Below, piece by piece: positions 1 through 9,191 of a stretch of 60,198 bases of DNA; position 1 is the stretch's first letter, and each line of letters starts with the position of its first letter. A program made the position numbers and the translations under genes. This DNA comes from a phage. The notes under the pieces were generated by a model that had not been told where the DNA came from, did not search any database, and saw only the letters and a program-made list of their open reading frames with translations. The stretch lies in the NCBI GenBank assembly GCA_018175315.1, contig GCA_018175315.1_4769.1, one strand, 5' to 3'.

Positions 1-890
1 AAAAAACACTTCAAGCAATCAATGACGGTGTGCAAAAAGATCAGGGAGGGACTTACCGTAAATATCTTGGCGTAGTCATTCCCACAATTGAAGATGCATA
101 TCGCCCGGAAAGCGGTAACCGCAGCCACTTAGGCGCGTCCCTTATTGGACAATCCTGTGCGCGTAAACTTTTTTATGGATACCGTTGGGCTACAAGAAAA
201 GAGTTTGACGGACGTCAACTTCGCTTATTTAACCGCGGGCATTTGGAAGAAGCGCGTTTTATCGCTATGCTTCTCGCAGCAGGTATGCAGGTTTATCAGC
301 AGGATGAAAACGGACACCAGTTCCGTATCAGTGAAGCAGGTGGACATTTTGGCGGATCCTGTGATGGTGTGGTTATAGGTTGTCCGGACGTTCAACCTGG
401 AATGCCTGTGCTAACCGAAATGAAGACGCATAACGATAAGTCTTTTAGAAAGTTGAAAGATAAGGGTGTCAAAGAAGCTAAGCCTGAGCACTATGTGCAA
501 ATGAACGTATATATGCGAAAGCTTGGACTGGGAGCAGCTCTTTACCTTGCAGTAAACAAGAACGATGATGAAGTGTACGCAGAAATTATTCCTTTTGATC
601 CAGTTACTGCGGACATGTATATTGATCGTGGCGTTGTTATTGCGCTTGCACAGGATATTCCAGACCGCCCATTTAAAGACTCTACATTCTTTGAATGCAA
701 GTGGTGTGATCATTCCTCGTTATGCTGGCGTAAAACTATGCCGGAAGTAAACTGTCGCACCTGTCAATTCCTTGAGCCTAAAGAAGATGGAACATGGTAT
801 TGCAATTTCCATTCCAGTACAGTAGATACTCAAGGTCAGAAAGTTGGTTGCCAAAACTATCAAGTAGCTAATTATTACGGGAAAGATTAA
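1..890 (+). CDS. Cas4/RecB-like PD-(D/E)XK exonuclease with Fe-S cysteine cluster (5' end lies outside window start; continues in frame from 60180 if ends are joined)
   Basis: Frame is open to position 1; N-terminal Cys (GQSCARK) plus C-terminal C-x2-C-x5-C (CKWCDHSSLC) and CRTC; D/E-x-K-like residues (DGVV, LTEMK). Confidence 0.6.
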   Translation, partial: KTLQAINDGVQKDQGGTYRKYLGVVIPTIEDAYRPESGNRSHLGASLIGQSCARKLFYGYRWATRKEFDGRQLRLFNRGHLEEARFIAMLLAAGMQVYQQDENGHQFRISEAGGHFGGSCDGVVIGCPDVQPGMPVLTEMKTHNDKSFRKLKDKGVKEAKPEHYVQMNVYMRKLGLGAALYLAVNKNDDEVYAEIIPFDPVTADMYIDRGVVIALAQDIPDRPFKDSTFFECKWCDHSSLCWRKTMPEVNCRTCQFLEPKEDGTWYCNFHSSTVDTQGQKVGCQNYQVANYYGKD

Positions 891-892
891 TT

Positions 893-2869
893 ATGAATCT
901 CCGCGATTATCAACAGGAAGCAGTCTATAGCGTTTTTCGCTATTTTGACGCTGAAAAGGGTAACGCGGGGAACCCTTTAATCCTGTTACCGACAGGGACA
1001 GGAAAATCGCTCGTTATCGCGGGGTTCCTCGATCTGCTTTATAAATGGTATCCAAACCAACGCGTAATGATGCTAACTCATGTCAAAGAGCTGATTGCGC
1101 AAAACTACGATAAATTAATGAAAGTCTGGCCCGAAGCGCCAGCAGGTATTTACAGCGCGGGTTTGAAGCGTAAAGAAGTCTATAATCTTATTACCTTTGC
1201 AGGGATTGCGTCCGTTGCTAAGCATCCGAAAAAGTTCGGCAAAGTTGATCTTATTTTTGTGGACGAAGCGCATCTTATTAGTCCGCGTGATGCAACAATG
1301 TATAAGAAGTTCTTTGCAGCGTTGCGTGAAGTTAACCCTTACTTAAAAATCATCGGCCTTACTGCTACACCTTATCGACTGGGGTATGGTTCAATTGTCA
1401 AGGAAAACGAAGACGATGATGCGTTATTTGATAAGGTAACATTCGATGCAACTACTCCGGAAGCCTTCAACTGGTTCCTGGAGCAGGGTTATCTTCTTCC
1501 GGTTGTGCCAAAGCGTACTAAGATGGAACTGGACCTCAACGGGGTAGGTAAACGCGGCGGTGAGTTTATCCAGAGTGAGTTGCAAAGTGCGGTAAATCGC
1601 GATGACGCAACACTCCGCGCACTTGAGGAAGCGATTGAATGTGGTGAAGACCGTCAAAGCTGGCTTATATTTTGTTCTGGCATTGAACACGCTAAAGACG
1701 CGTGCGATATGCTGAACGATATGGGTATTAGCTGTGGATGTATTCACTCTAAGCTTGATGCAAAAGAACGTGACGAGATTATTGAAAAATTCAAGCGCGG
1801 TGAATTTCGAGCATTAACTAACAATAACGTCTTAACCACAGGTTTTGATCACCCAATGCTGGACTTAATTATCATGCTCCGCCCAACTGCGTCGGCGGTG
1901 CTATGGGTCCAGATGCTGGGTCGCGGTACGCGTCCGGTGTACGCGGAGGGCTTTGATCTTTCCACGCAGGAGGGGCGCTTACAAGCTATTGCGGCAAGCC
2001 CTAAGCAGAACTGCCTTGTACTGGATTTCAGCGGTAATACGCGGCGTTTAGGCCCTATTAACGACCCTGTTAAGCCCAAGCGCCCTGGCGAAAAAGGTGC
2101 TGGTACTGCTCCGGTTAAAGAATGCGATGTATGCGGGTCGTATAATCATGCATCCGCTCGTTATTGCGGTGGCTTCGCACCAATCCCAATGGACAGCGTT
2201 ACACAGGAACAAGTTCAACAATTATATCTGAAAGGATTTAGACTACGCGGGACGGATTACGTCAAAGAAGGCTTTTGCGGTCATGAGTTTAAGTTCCAGA
2301 CCAAACTCAAGAAAGCTGCAAGTACGGAAGCCCTGATCAAGCAGGATATTCCAATAGTTGAAGACTTTAAAGTTACGCATGTTACTTATGCGAAGCACAC
2401 TAAACGCAATGACAGCTCTAAACCTCCAACAATGAAGGTGACTTATTATTGCGGTAGTAAAATATTCAGCGAATGGGTAGCTCTACTTCACGGTGACTGG
2501 GCAGGTCGTAAAGCGGTTGCATGGTGGAAGAAAAGGACTCATCTTCCTTTACCACAAACTATTGAAGAAGCTCTTGATGTTGCTGCAATGCTCAAAACAC
2601 CGAAATACATCAAAGTTCATACCAATAAGAAATGGCCTGAGATATTGAACTATGATTATGATGGTACGTGTTTCGGTAAGTTTGAAGCACCACAGGACGA
2701 CGAAGCTATTCAGGTTAAAGTATACGGGCAGGATGGAACAACAGAAGGTCCAAGCTATAACGATGATGTGAGCTGGGATGATATTGTTTCACAGAATACG
2801 CAAGGTATAACAGTGAACAATGTGGTTAATCCTGTGCAAGTAGATGATCCGGATTACGTTCCGTTCTAA
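893..2869 (+). CDS. SF2 DEAH-box helicase
   Basis: Walker A LLPTGTGKS, DEAH box (FVDEAHLIS), helicase C-terminal motifs (MLGRGTRP); Cys cluster CDVCGSYNHASARYCGG; ATG 3 nt after upstream stop. Confidence 0.75.
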   Translation: MNLRDYQQEAVYSVFRYFDAEKGNAGNPLILLPTGTGKSLVIAGFLDLLYKWYPNQRVMMLTHVKELIAQNYDKLMKVWPEAPAGIYSAGLKRKEVYNLITFAGIASVAKHPKKFGKVDLIFVDEAHLISPRDATMYKKFFAALREVNPYLKIIGLTATPYRLGYGSIVKENEDDDALFDKVTFDATTPEAFNWFLEQGYLLPVVPKRTKMELDLNGVGKRGGEFIQSELQSAVNRDDATLRALEEAIECGEDRQSWLIFCSGIEHAKDACDMLNDMGISCGCIHSKLDAKERDEIIEKFKRGEFRALTNNNVLTTGFDHPMLDLIIMLRPTASAVLWVQMLGRGTRPVYAEGFDLSTQEGRLQAIAASPKQNCLVLDFSGNTRRLGPINDPVKPKRPGEKGAGTAPVKECDVCGSYNHASARYCGGFAPIPMDSVTQEQVQQLYLKGFRLRGTDYVKEGFCGHEFKFQTKLKKAASTEALIKQDIPIVEDFKVTHVTYAKHTKRNDSSKPPTMKVTYYCGSKIFSEWVALLHGDWAGRKAVAWWKKRTHLPLPQTIEEALDVAAMLKTPKYIKVHTNKKWPEILNYDYDGTCFGKFEAPQDDEAIQVKVYGQDGTTEGPSYNDDVSWDDIVSQNTQGITVNNVVNPVQVDDPDYVPF

Positions 2870-2898
2870 TTGACTTCAACATCTAATGCCCCTACTAT
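2870..2898 (+). promoter_or_regulatory. sigma70-like promoter candidate TTGACT-N17-TACTAT overlapping a hairpin (AATGCCCC/GGGGCATT)
   Basis: Hexamers read directly at 2870-2875 and 2893-2898; lies between helicase stop and next ORF. Confidence 0.3.
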
Positions 2899-2928
2899 TG
2901 GGGCATTACTTATTTATAGGGGATTGCA

Positions 2929-3423
2929 ATGTACGTCCTAATTGATACAGATAAATTTGAACTCTTGGCAAAGCATCCCAATTGGTTGACATTACACCAA
3001 CTTGGAATTATCTGTTGTCCAGAGTCAACACTGGTAACACCAGTAAACGATTTAAAAGATCTTGAAGATGTTGATCTTCAACTGCTTTATATTAACCTGA
3101 CAGAAAACTTAGGAGCTGCACCATATGAACGGGAAATCGTTGAGCGCATTTTGTCTGATTACTTTACGCAACTTCCAGAAACGATCCTGGATCACGCCCA
3201 AATCAGCGCACAAGCCGAATTCTGTGTGGAATACGATATCCAAGGCTTTTGCTCACCTCAAATTGGGCAATACGTTCCGTCAATGGATGAAGGACTTTGG
3301 AAACCTGCCCGTGTCAAATACGATGCTGAACGGGAGGGTGGTATTATTTCCGGTGCCAGGGTCATTTGTGAGCAACCCGCATTGCAAGAAGCATGGACAC
3401 CGGGCAGAGGTGCGAAGAGCTAA
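2929..3423 (+). CDS. hypothetical protein
   Basis: 164-aa ORF with AGGGGA-type RBS; no recognisable motifs. Confidence 0.5.
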   Translation: MYVLIDTDKFELLAKHPNWLTLHQLGIICCPESTLVTPVNDLKDLEDVDLQLLYINLTENLGAAPYEREIVERILSDYFTQLPETILDHAQISAQAEFCVEYDIQGFCSPQIGQYVPSMDEGLWKPARVKYDAEREGGIISGARVICEQPALQEAWTPGRGAKS

Positions 3424-3550
3424 TAAGTTCTAACCCTGATCAAAAATATTTTTAAAAATGTTTATGTAAGGGGTTGCGTGTCACAAAATCCTTTGGTACA
3501 TTTAACCCCGTTGGTAACAAACGAACCCATAATAATTCGGAGTGAAGAAA

Positions 3551-4354
3551 ATGAGTAATATTGAAGATAAGAAAGCCGCTGCTGCCGCAGCCGCTGCTGC
3601 CGCTGCAAAATCTGCTAAGCCTGCAAAGAAAGAAGCTACTGCTAACGACGCAGAAGCTAAAAAAGCCGCTGCCGCTGAAGCTGCACGCGTAGCGAAAGAG
3701 AAAAAAGAAGCAGAGAAAAAAGCTGCCGCTGAAAAGAAACAAGCTGAAATTCGTACTGAAGCGGAAAATAAATTTACCGCTCTTTCCCAGGCAGTTGAAA
3801 CCGTGAAGTTTGCTTTATCCGGTATTACCGATGAAAGCACTGTTGAACAGATTACGGAAGCAGAATCTAAGGGTTCTGAACAGCTGAAGCATTTAAAGAA
3901 TGCTCTGAAAGATCTGAAAGCAGTTGTTAAAAAATCCAAAGGTGAAGATCTGTCCGGTGCAGTAACTGCTGCTCAGAGCATGGTCGACGAACTGGATTCG
4001 TCTATCAAAGGCTTCAAAGACAAGATCCGCGCTGCTAAACAGGCTGAAAAGGCTGCTGAAAAAGCCCGCGAAAAAGCTGAACGTGAAAAAGCGAAAGAAG
4101 CGAACCGTATGCCTGAACAGAATGGTGTTCGTCGTCCGCAACCGGAAACTTCCTGCGGTCGTGCCTGGGCTCTGATGGACCAGATTAGCGCTACGCTGGG
4201 TCAGCCTGCTCCGATCTCTTATGTTCTGAATCTGGCAGGTCGTCACGGTCTGAACGAAGATACTGTTAAAACTCAGTATGCACGTTGGAAGAAGTTTAAT
4301 GGTGTGACTGGTCGCGTACCTATGCCAGTACCGGAAGCCCTGAACGGCTTGTAA
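3551..4354 (+). CDS. Ala/Lys-rich low-complexity protein (histone H1-like composition) with globular C-terminal domain
   Basis: GGAG RBS 8 nt before ATG 3551 (ORF track begins at GTG 3542); poly-Ala run and KKEAEKKAAAEKK-type repeats. Confidence 0.55.
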   Translation: MSNIEDKKAAAAAAAAAAAKSAKPAKKEATANDAEAKKAAAAEAARVAKEKKEAEKKAAAEKKQAEIRTEAENKFTALSQAVETVKFALSGITDESTVEQITEAESKGSEQLKHLKNALKDLKAVVKKSKGEDLSGAVTAAQSMVDELDSSIKGFKDKIRAAKQAEKAAEKAREKAEREKAKEANRMPEQNGVRRPQPETSCGRAWALMDQISATLGQPAPISYVLNLAGRHGLNEDTVKTQYARWKKFNGVTGRVPMPVPEALNGL

Positions 4355-4378
4355 TATCAAAACATATCACGTTATAAT
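4349..4378 (+). promoter_or_regulatory. promoter candidate TTGTAA-N18-TATAAT immediately upstream of terminator hairpin
   Basis: Perfect -10 TATAAT at 4373-4378; -35-like TTGTAA overlaps the stop codon of the upstream gene. Confidence 0.3.
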
Positions 4379-4379
4379 G

Positions 4380-4408
4380 AAAGCGCCCAATGAGGCGCTT
4401 TCTTTTTC
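4380..4408 (+). terminator. rho-independent terminator
   Basis: Stem AAGCGCC / GGCGCTT with loop CAATGA followed by TCTTTTT. Confidence 0.6.
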
Positions 4409-4423
4409 ACTAGAGGATTTAAG

Positions 4424-5131
4424 ATGAATATTAATCAACAAGCTCCCGAGTCCCGTTCTAAAGAAAACGATATGTATTTAGACGTGCATTCGGTATTCTC
4501 TACCATTCAGGGTGAAGGTCCATTCTGCGGCCAACCTGCTGTATTTGTGCGTCTTGCTGGGTGCAACCTGCAATGTCCTGGCTGTGATACGGATTATACT
4601 GTTGGTCGTAGTCTTTATCATATTGTCGATATTATGCGTTTAATCGAAAGCCGTAAGCTGGAATCGGGCAATAGCACCTCACTTGTGGTTATCACTGGGG
4701 GTGAACCGTTCCGTCAGCAAATTAACCCGTTTATTGAACAACTGTTATCGCGCGGCTATTTGGTGCAAATTGAAACTAATGGGTCTATGCCTTTACCTAA
4801 GAACTTTTCCCAGTTACCTGTAATTGTATGTAGTCCCAAGACCTCAAAGATTCATCCTTCTGTGCTGCGCCGCGCTAATGCATTTAAATATGTACTTAAA
4901 GCGTGCTGTGTAAACGTGGAAGATGGTTTACCTCTTCAAGCATTAGATCATCAAGCTACGCCATTTATCGCTAGACCTCCGAAGGGTTTCAAGGGTAAGA
5001 TATATTTACAGCCAATGGACGAGCAGGATGAAGACCTTAACCACAGTAATATCCAAGCCGTTGTCCAAAGCTGTATGAAACACGGTTACACGTTGCAGCT
5101 TCAGGTTCACAAATATATCGGAGTGGAATAA
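4424..5131 (+). CDS. queE: 7-carboxy-7-deazaguanine synthase QueE (radical SAM)
   Basis: Radical-SAM CxxxCxxC motif (CNLQCPGC) near N-terminus; GAGG RBS; sits in operon with queC/queD/folE. Confidence 0.85.
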   Translation: MNINQQAPESRSKENDMYLDVHSVFSTIQGEGPFCGQPAVFVRLAGCNLQCPGCDTDYTVGRSLYHIVDIMRLIESRKLESGNSTSLVVITGGEPFRQQINPFIEQLLSRGYLVQIETNGSMPLPKNFSQLPVIVCSPKTSKIHPSVLRRANAFKYVLKACCVNVEDGLPLQALDHQATPFIARPPKGFKGKIYLQPMDEQDEDLNHSNIQAVVQSCMKHGYTLQLQVHKYIGVE

Positions 5132-5385
5132 TGCGTGTGTTAAGCCAGGTTGTGCATACTAAAGATGTTAATTTTTGTGGTGTCACTTTAACCGTTCCAA
5201 GTCGAGTGGATTATCTGGCAGCCGACAAGGATGGGAATGTTTGGGGATATGAAGCAATTCCTCCAGAACTTAGCCATCGCTTTGATAGATGGTTGCCAGC
5301 AGATCCGGAAGCTTGCGAGTACGATGAAATAGCTGATGTAGATCTTGAAGGCTTAGACTGGACTCAAACATTAACGGAGGTTTAA
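5131..5385 (+). CDS. hypothetical protein (inside deazaguanine operon)
   Basis: 84-aa ORF, GGAG RBS, ATG overlaps queE stop (translational coupling). Confidence 0.5.
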   Translation: MRVLSQVVHTKDVNFCGVTLTVPSRVDYLAADKDGNVWGYEAIPPELSHRFDRWLPADPEACEYDEIADVDLEGLDWTQTLTEV

Positions 5386-5598
5386 ATGATCACTTTGGAA
5401 GAAGCGAAACAGCATCAGGAAATGATCACTGAACTGGTAGAAAAACTTAATTCTTCAATTGCCCACGCTACTATGCAGGGCGTGCATGTAGAATTAGATA
5501 TTAATTACGTTAGCACAATTGGAGCGCGCAATCACCCAATTGTGATGTCAAACGTAACAATTAACCCTTGTGATATTAAAGGTGAAGTAAATGAATAA
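5386..5598 (+). CDS. hypothetical protein (inside deazaguanine operon)
   Basis: 70-aa ORF with GGAGG RBS immediately after upstream stop. Confidence 0.45.
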   Translation: MITLEEAKQHQEMITELVEKLNSSIAHATMQGVHVELDINYVSTIGARNHPIVMSNVTINPCDIKGEVNE

Positions 5599-6313
5599 AT
5601 TAGATAAAATGGTATTCCCTGTAAAAAATCATAACTCCGCCGTTGTCGTCCTGTCTGGCGGCCAGGACAGTGTGACCTGTTTGGGTCTTGCACTTAATAA
5701 CTATGACAAAGTCTACGCTATTGGTTTTGCATACGGTCAACGTCATAACATTGAGCTGGCTTGTGCTAATCAAATCTGTAAAGAGCACGATGTCCCGTTT
5801 GTTGTCTTTGAATTACCTGCTTTGAAACAGATTGGTAATAGTGCTTTAATCGGGAACGAAGGGGATGTTAACGAACATCACGAACAGCACAACAACCTTC
5901 CGGCAAGCTTTGTACCAAACCGTAATGCTCTTTTCCTGACTACCGCGCACGCCTACGCGCAGAAGGTTGGAGCCCGATATGTGGTTACAGGCGTTTGTGA
6001 AACAGACTATAGCGGTTATCCGGATTGCCGCCGGCAGTTTGTAGACATGCTTGAAGCTACATTAAACGTTGCATATGAAACAGATATTTATTTCGTTACC
6101 CCGCTTATGCGTTTAAATAAAGCAGAAACGTTTGAGCTGGCGGATAAGGTTGGTTTCTTAACCACAGTGATTGAACAGTCCCATACTTGCTATAATGGCG
6201 TCCGTCGCACTCTGCATGACTGGGGATATGGTTGCGGTGAATGTCCTGCGTGCAAACTGCGTGCTAAAGGGTACAGCGAATTTATGGATAACGCTTACAG
6301 CAAACACGTTTGA
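5591..6313 (+). CDS. queC: 7-cyano-7-deazaguanine (preQ0) synthase QueC
   Basis: PP-loop SGGQDS; C-terminal Zn-binding cysteines (CYNG...CGECPAC). Confidence 0.85.
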   Translation: MNKLDKMVFPVKNHNSAVVVLSGGQDSVTCLGLALNNYDKVYAIGFAYGQRHNIELACANQICKEHDVPFVVFELPALKQIGNSALIGNEGDVNEHHEQHNNLPASFVPNRNALFLTTAHAYAQKVGARYVVTGVCETDYSGYPDCRRQFVDMLEATLNVAYETDIYFVTPLMRLNKAETFELADKVGFLTTVIEQSHTCYNGVRRTLHDWGYGCGECPACKLRAKGYSEFMDNAYSKHV

Positions 6314-6433
6314 TCTTACCGCGAAAACCGCACCGCTAGCGCATTGTTTAGGGTGCGGGAACCCAACTATACTACTAAAGCTTTTAAACCCAACAACCAG
6401 CGAATAACGCTGTTAAAACTGGAGAACAAAAGT

Positions 6434-6913
6434 ATGAAATTTATCGTTGCTTATCTGGCTGCAATCACATTCGTAAATCTGGGCTTTTCCTACCTTCCAA
6501 TGCTTAACACGCCTCTTGGCGTAGTCCCCATGATGGCTTTCTTTGTAGGTATTATCTTTGTTCTGCGTGATTACGCACAGCGTAACGCTGGCAAAGGCGT
6601 TATCCCTGCAATGATTGTGGGTTGCATCCTTAGCTGGGTATTTGGGGATCCTGCTGTTGTAGTTGCATCCGTTGCATCCTTTGCTCTTAGCGAGTTTGCG
6701 GACTATGCGGTATACACGATTACTAAGAAGCCTTTCCATCAACGAGTATTTATCAGCTCTTTGGTAGCTGTACCGATTGACTCCATTGTGTTCTTAAGTA
6801 TTATAGGTATTGTTAATCCGGGATCAATGGTAGCAATGAGCTTAAGTAAGTTCACAGCATCCGCTATCCTTTGGGTTGTTTACGAAGTTCATTCACGTAC
6901 AGCAAGAGCGTAA
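6434..6913 (+). CDS. small polytopic membrane protein, possible queuosine-precursor transporter (YhhQ/QueT-like) by context
   Basis: GGAG RBS before ATG 6434; about 5 hydrophobic segments; embedded between queC and queD. Function is inferred from context only. Confidence 0.4.
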   Translation: MKFIVAYLAAITFVNLGFSYLPMLNTPLGVVPMMAFFVGIIFVLRDYAQRNAGKGVIPAMIVGCILSWVFGDPAVVVASVASFALSEFADYAVYTITKKPFHQRVFISSLVAVPIDSIVFLSIIGIVNPGSMVAMSLSKFTASAILWVVYEVHSRTARA

Positions 6914-6915
6914 AA

Positions 6916-7473
6916 ATGAAAGATAATTTGAATAAAATTTGGCACCAACACGACGGTAAAGGAATGCCTATTTTTCTTCGTAATGAGAAGTTTGAAGTTC
7001 TTTTGCGCAACGGCACACACGTTAAGAATCTATTACATGGATGGGATTGGGCTATAGAAGGGCGTTCGGCTATGGATGAGAATAGCCCTTATAAAGTTCA
7101 AGATATTATAGCCTGGAGATATATTGTTGCGGATGATTACGTCAAACAATCTATTGAAGCAAATTTGCCCGACTGGAGAATTGATAAAACCGCAATTTTT
7201 ACGAAATATGAACCATCTAAAATTCCCATGAATAAATATCAGAAAGTTATTTATGGTAAAGATGAAAACGGCAATGTTGTAAAATGCATCGTGGACGTGT
7301 ATGATGTCTTGGAAGCTTGGAAAACAACTAACCCAGCTTTGCAGCATTTGATTAAAAAAGCGTTGCAGCCTGGCGAACGGGGTCATAAACATCTGGTAGA
7401 AGATTTGAAAGACATTATTGCGTCGGCGCAGCGTGCGTTAGAAATTGAACAGTCTAAAGAGGTATTAAAATGA
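6916..7473 (+). CDS. hypothetical protein (inside deazaguanine operon)
   Basis: 185-aa ORF from ATG 6916, tightly packed between the membrane protein and queD (ATGA overlap with queD); no recognisable catalytic motif. Confidence 0.5.
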   Translation: MKDNLNKIWHQHDGKGMPIFLRNEKFEVLLRNGTHVKNLLHGWDWAIEGRSAMDENSPYKVQDIIAWRYIVADDYVKQSIEANLPDWRIDKTAIFTKYEPSKIPMNKYQKVIYGKDENGNVVKCIVDVYDVLEAWKTTNPALQHLIKKALQPGERGHKHLVEDLKDIIASAQRALEIEQSKEVLK

Positions 7474-7991
7474 GTTATACAGTAATTCGTTCACATGAAA
7501 TTTGCGCTGGACATCGTGTTGTAGGGCATGAAAGCAAGTGTCGCCACCTTCATGGTCACAACTATAAGTTTCACTTTAAGGTTGCGCCGAAAGGTTGTAC
7601 GGACGTTAAAGTTATTCGCTGTGGCACACTTCGCGAAAAAGGTGGGCTGGACGACGTGGGACGCGTGATCGATTTTAGTGTGGTTAAAACTACGCTGTGT
7701 CAGTGGCTGGAAGATAACTGGGACCATAAGTTCCTGCACTGGGAGCATGATCCGCTCATTGAGAGCTTAAATAAATTTGTAGATACGACAACTATGGACA
7801 ATATGTCGCATCGGGATCAAATGGATTATTTAGGTTCGCTGGTGTCACTTCCATTCAACCCGACCGCTGAAAACTTAGCTGCGTACATGGTTGAAGTAAT
7901 TGGACCACAGCTGCTTGACGAACATGGTGTTCAACTTGTAGAATGCACCATCGAAGAAACTTCGAAATGTCACGTAAACTATAGCCTGTAA
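7470..7991 (+). CDS. queD: 6-carboxy-5,6,7,8-tetrahydropterin synthase QueD
   Basis: Cys/His Zn-binding signature CAGHRVVGHESKCRHLHGHNYKF typical of the QueD/PTPS family. Confidence 0.8.
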   Translation: MSYTVIRSHEICAGHRVVGHESKCRHLHGHNYKFHFKVAPKGCTDVKVIRCGTLREKGGLDDVGRVIDFSVVKTTLCQWLEDNWDHKFLHWEHDPLIESLNKFVDTTTMDNMSHRDQMDYLGSLVSLPFNPTAENLAAYMVEVIGPQLLDEHGVQLVECTIEETSKCHVNYSL

Positions 7992-7992
7992 T

Positions 7993-8652
7993 ATGACCAC
8001 ATTAACAACAAGGAAACTGCAAACCATGCCAAAATTTACTATTGATAATGAAGGTACTCAATTCCGTATTGCTCGCGCGGTGCGTACTTTACTAACTCAG
8101 ATTGAAGATTGCACTGAATTACGTCCAGGATTAGCAGAGACACCAGACCGTGTCGCTAAAGCTTATGCTACATGGTTTAGCGGTTACGATGTAGATATTG
8201 CTGGTCTGTTTAAAACCTTTGAGGATGGGGCGGAAAACACCAATGAAATGGTCATTGTCCGTGATATTCCTGTTTACAGTCATTGTGAACACCATATGGC
8301 CCCTATTATCGGTCGCGCTGTCGTGGGGTATGTTCCTAACGGTCGCATCGTGGGGCTCAGTAAGCTGTCTCGCGTTGTGGATGCTTTTAGTCGTCGACTG
8401 CAAGTTCAGGAACGTCTTACTAACCAGATTGCAGACGCTATTCAGGAGCATTTAAACCCGAAAGCTGTATGTGTTTATATTGACGCCAAGCATATGTGCA
8501 TGGAGGCAAGAGGAATCAAGCAGGTTTGTGGCTCGAGCACTATTACGAAAGCTTTCCGTGGAGCTACAGAGCTGGAACATGGTAGTGATATTGGTAAACA
8601 ATGGCGCCAAGAATTTTTAGAATCTGCTACTAATTATCAACGGATTCGTTAA
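7993..8652 (+). CDS. folE: GTP cyclohydrolase I FolE (alternative start at ATG 8026)
   Basis: Conserved CEHH and GLSK motifs (YSHCEHHMAPIIG...GRIVGLSKLSRVV...RLQVQERLT). Confidence 0.85.
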   Translation: MTTLTTRKLQTMPKFTIDNEGTQFRIARAVRTLLTQIEDCTELRPGLAETPDRVAKAYATWFSGYDVDIAGLFKTFEDGAENTNEMVIVRDIPVYSHCEHHMAPIIGRAVVGYVPNGRIVGLSKLSRVVDAFSRRLQVQERLTNQIADAIQEHLNPKAVCVYIDAKHMCMEARGIKQVCGSSTITKAFRGATELEHGSDIGKQWRQEFLESATNYQRIR

Positions 8653-8653
8653 T

Positions 8654-9112
8654 ATGCCAAGGGTCTATACTAAAAAGCCGATGTCCGAAAGACTAAGCAA
8701 ATACGTTATAGACCCTTCTACTGGTTGCTGGAACTGGACTGGTAGTAAGGATAAAGACGGTTACGGTAGAATGATTAGTGGTTCCAAAGGTGAACGAATT
8801 TTTAGTTTTGCGCATCGCGAGAGCTATAAACTGTACAAAGGAGAAATTGGTTTACCTGATTCCGCTACAGGGTGCGTTCTGCATACATGTGATAATCCGT
8901 CTTGCATTAACCCAGATCATTTATATTTAGGAGATCAAAAACAAAACGGGTTGGATAAGAAAGTTAGAGGGAGGGCAAGGACACGTCCACGGTTTGGGAA
9001 AGATAACCCAATGTATCAAAAATATGGTGAACTGAATCCAATGTACGGGAAACATCATACAGAGGAAACCAAACGTAAAATTAGCGAAACTAAGAAAGCT
9101 AATTTTAAATAA
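8654..9112 (+). CDS. HNH homing endonuclease
   Basis: HNH_3-type pattern (GCWNWTGSKDKDGYGRM ... HRESYKLYKG ... CDNPSCINPDHLYLGDQKQN); inserted between folE and dpdA. Confidence 0.7.
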   Translation: MPRVYTKKPMSERLSKYVIDPSTGCWNWTGSKDKDGYGRMISGSKGERIFSFAHRESYKLYKGEIGLPDSATGCVLHTCDNPSCINPDHLYLGDQKQNGLDKKVRGRARTRPRFGKDNPMYQKYGELNPMYGKHHTEETKRKISETKKANFK

Positions 9113-9130
9113 TAGATAGCTTTACAGATC

Positions 9131-9166
9131 AAGCCCATATCGGTCATAATACTGGTATGGGCTTTT
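9131..9166 (+). terminator. terminator-like hairpin with T-run (weak)
   Basis: AAGCCCATA ... TATGGGCTT with 16-nt loop followed by TTTTT, between HNH and dpdA. Confidence 0.3.
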
Positions 9167-9191
9167 TAGTCATTGGAGGTTTATTTAAGAT

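Noticed and set aside
3452-4360. Minus-strand ORFs (96, 145, 155 aa) opposite the Ala/Lys-rich gene
   Set aside because: Low-complexity antisense artefacts (poly-Ala/Phe/Ser) with no RBS; the plus-strand gene has RBS, terminator and operon context.
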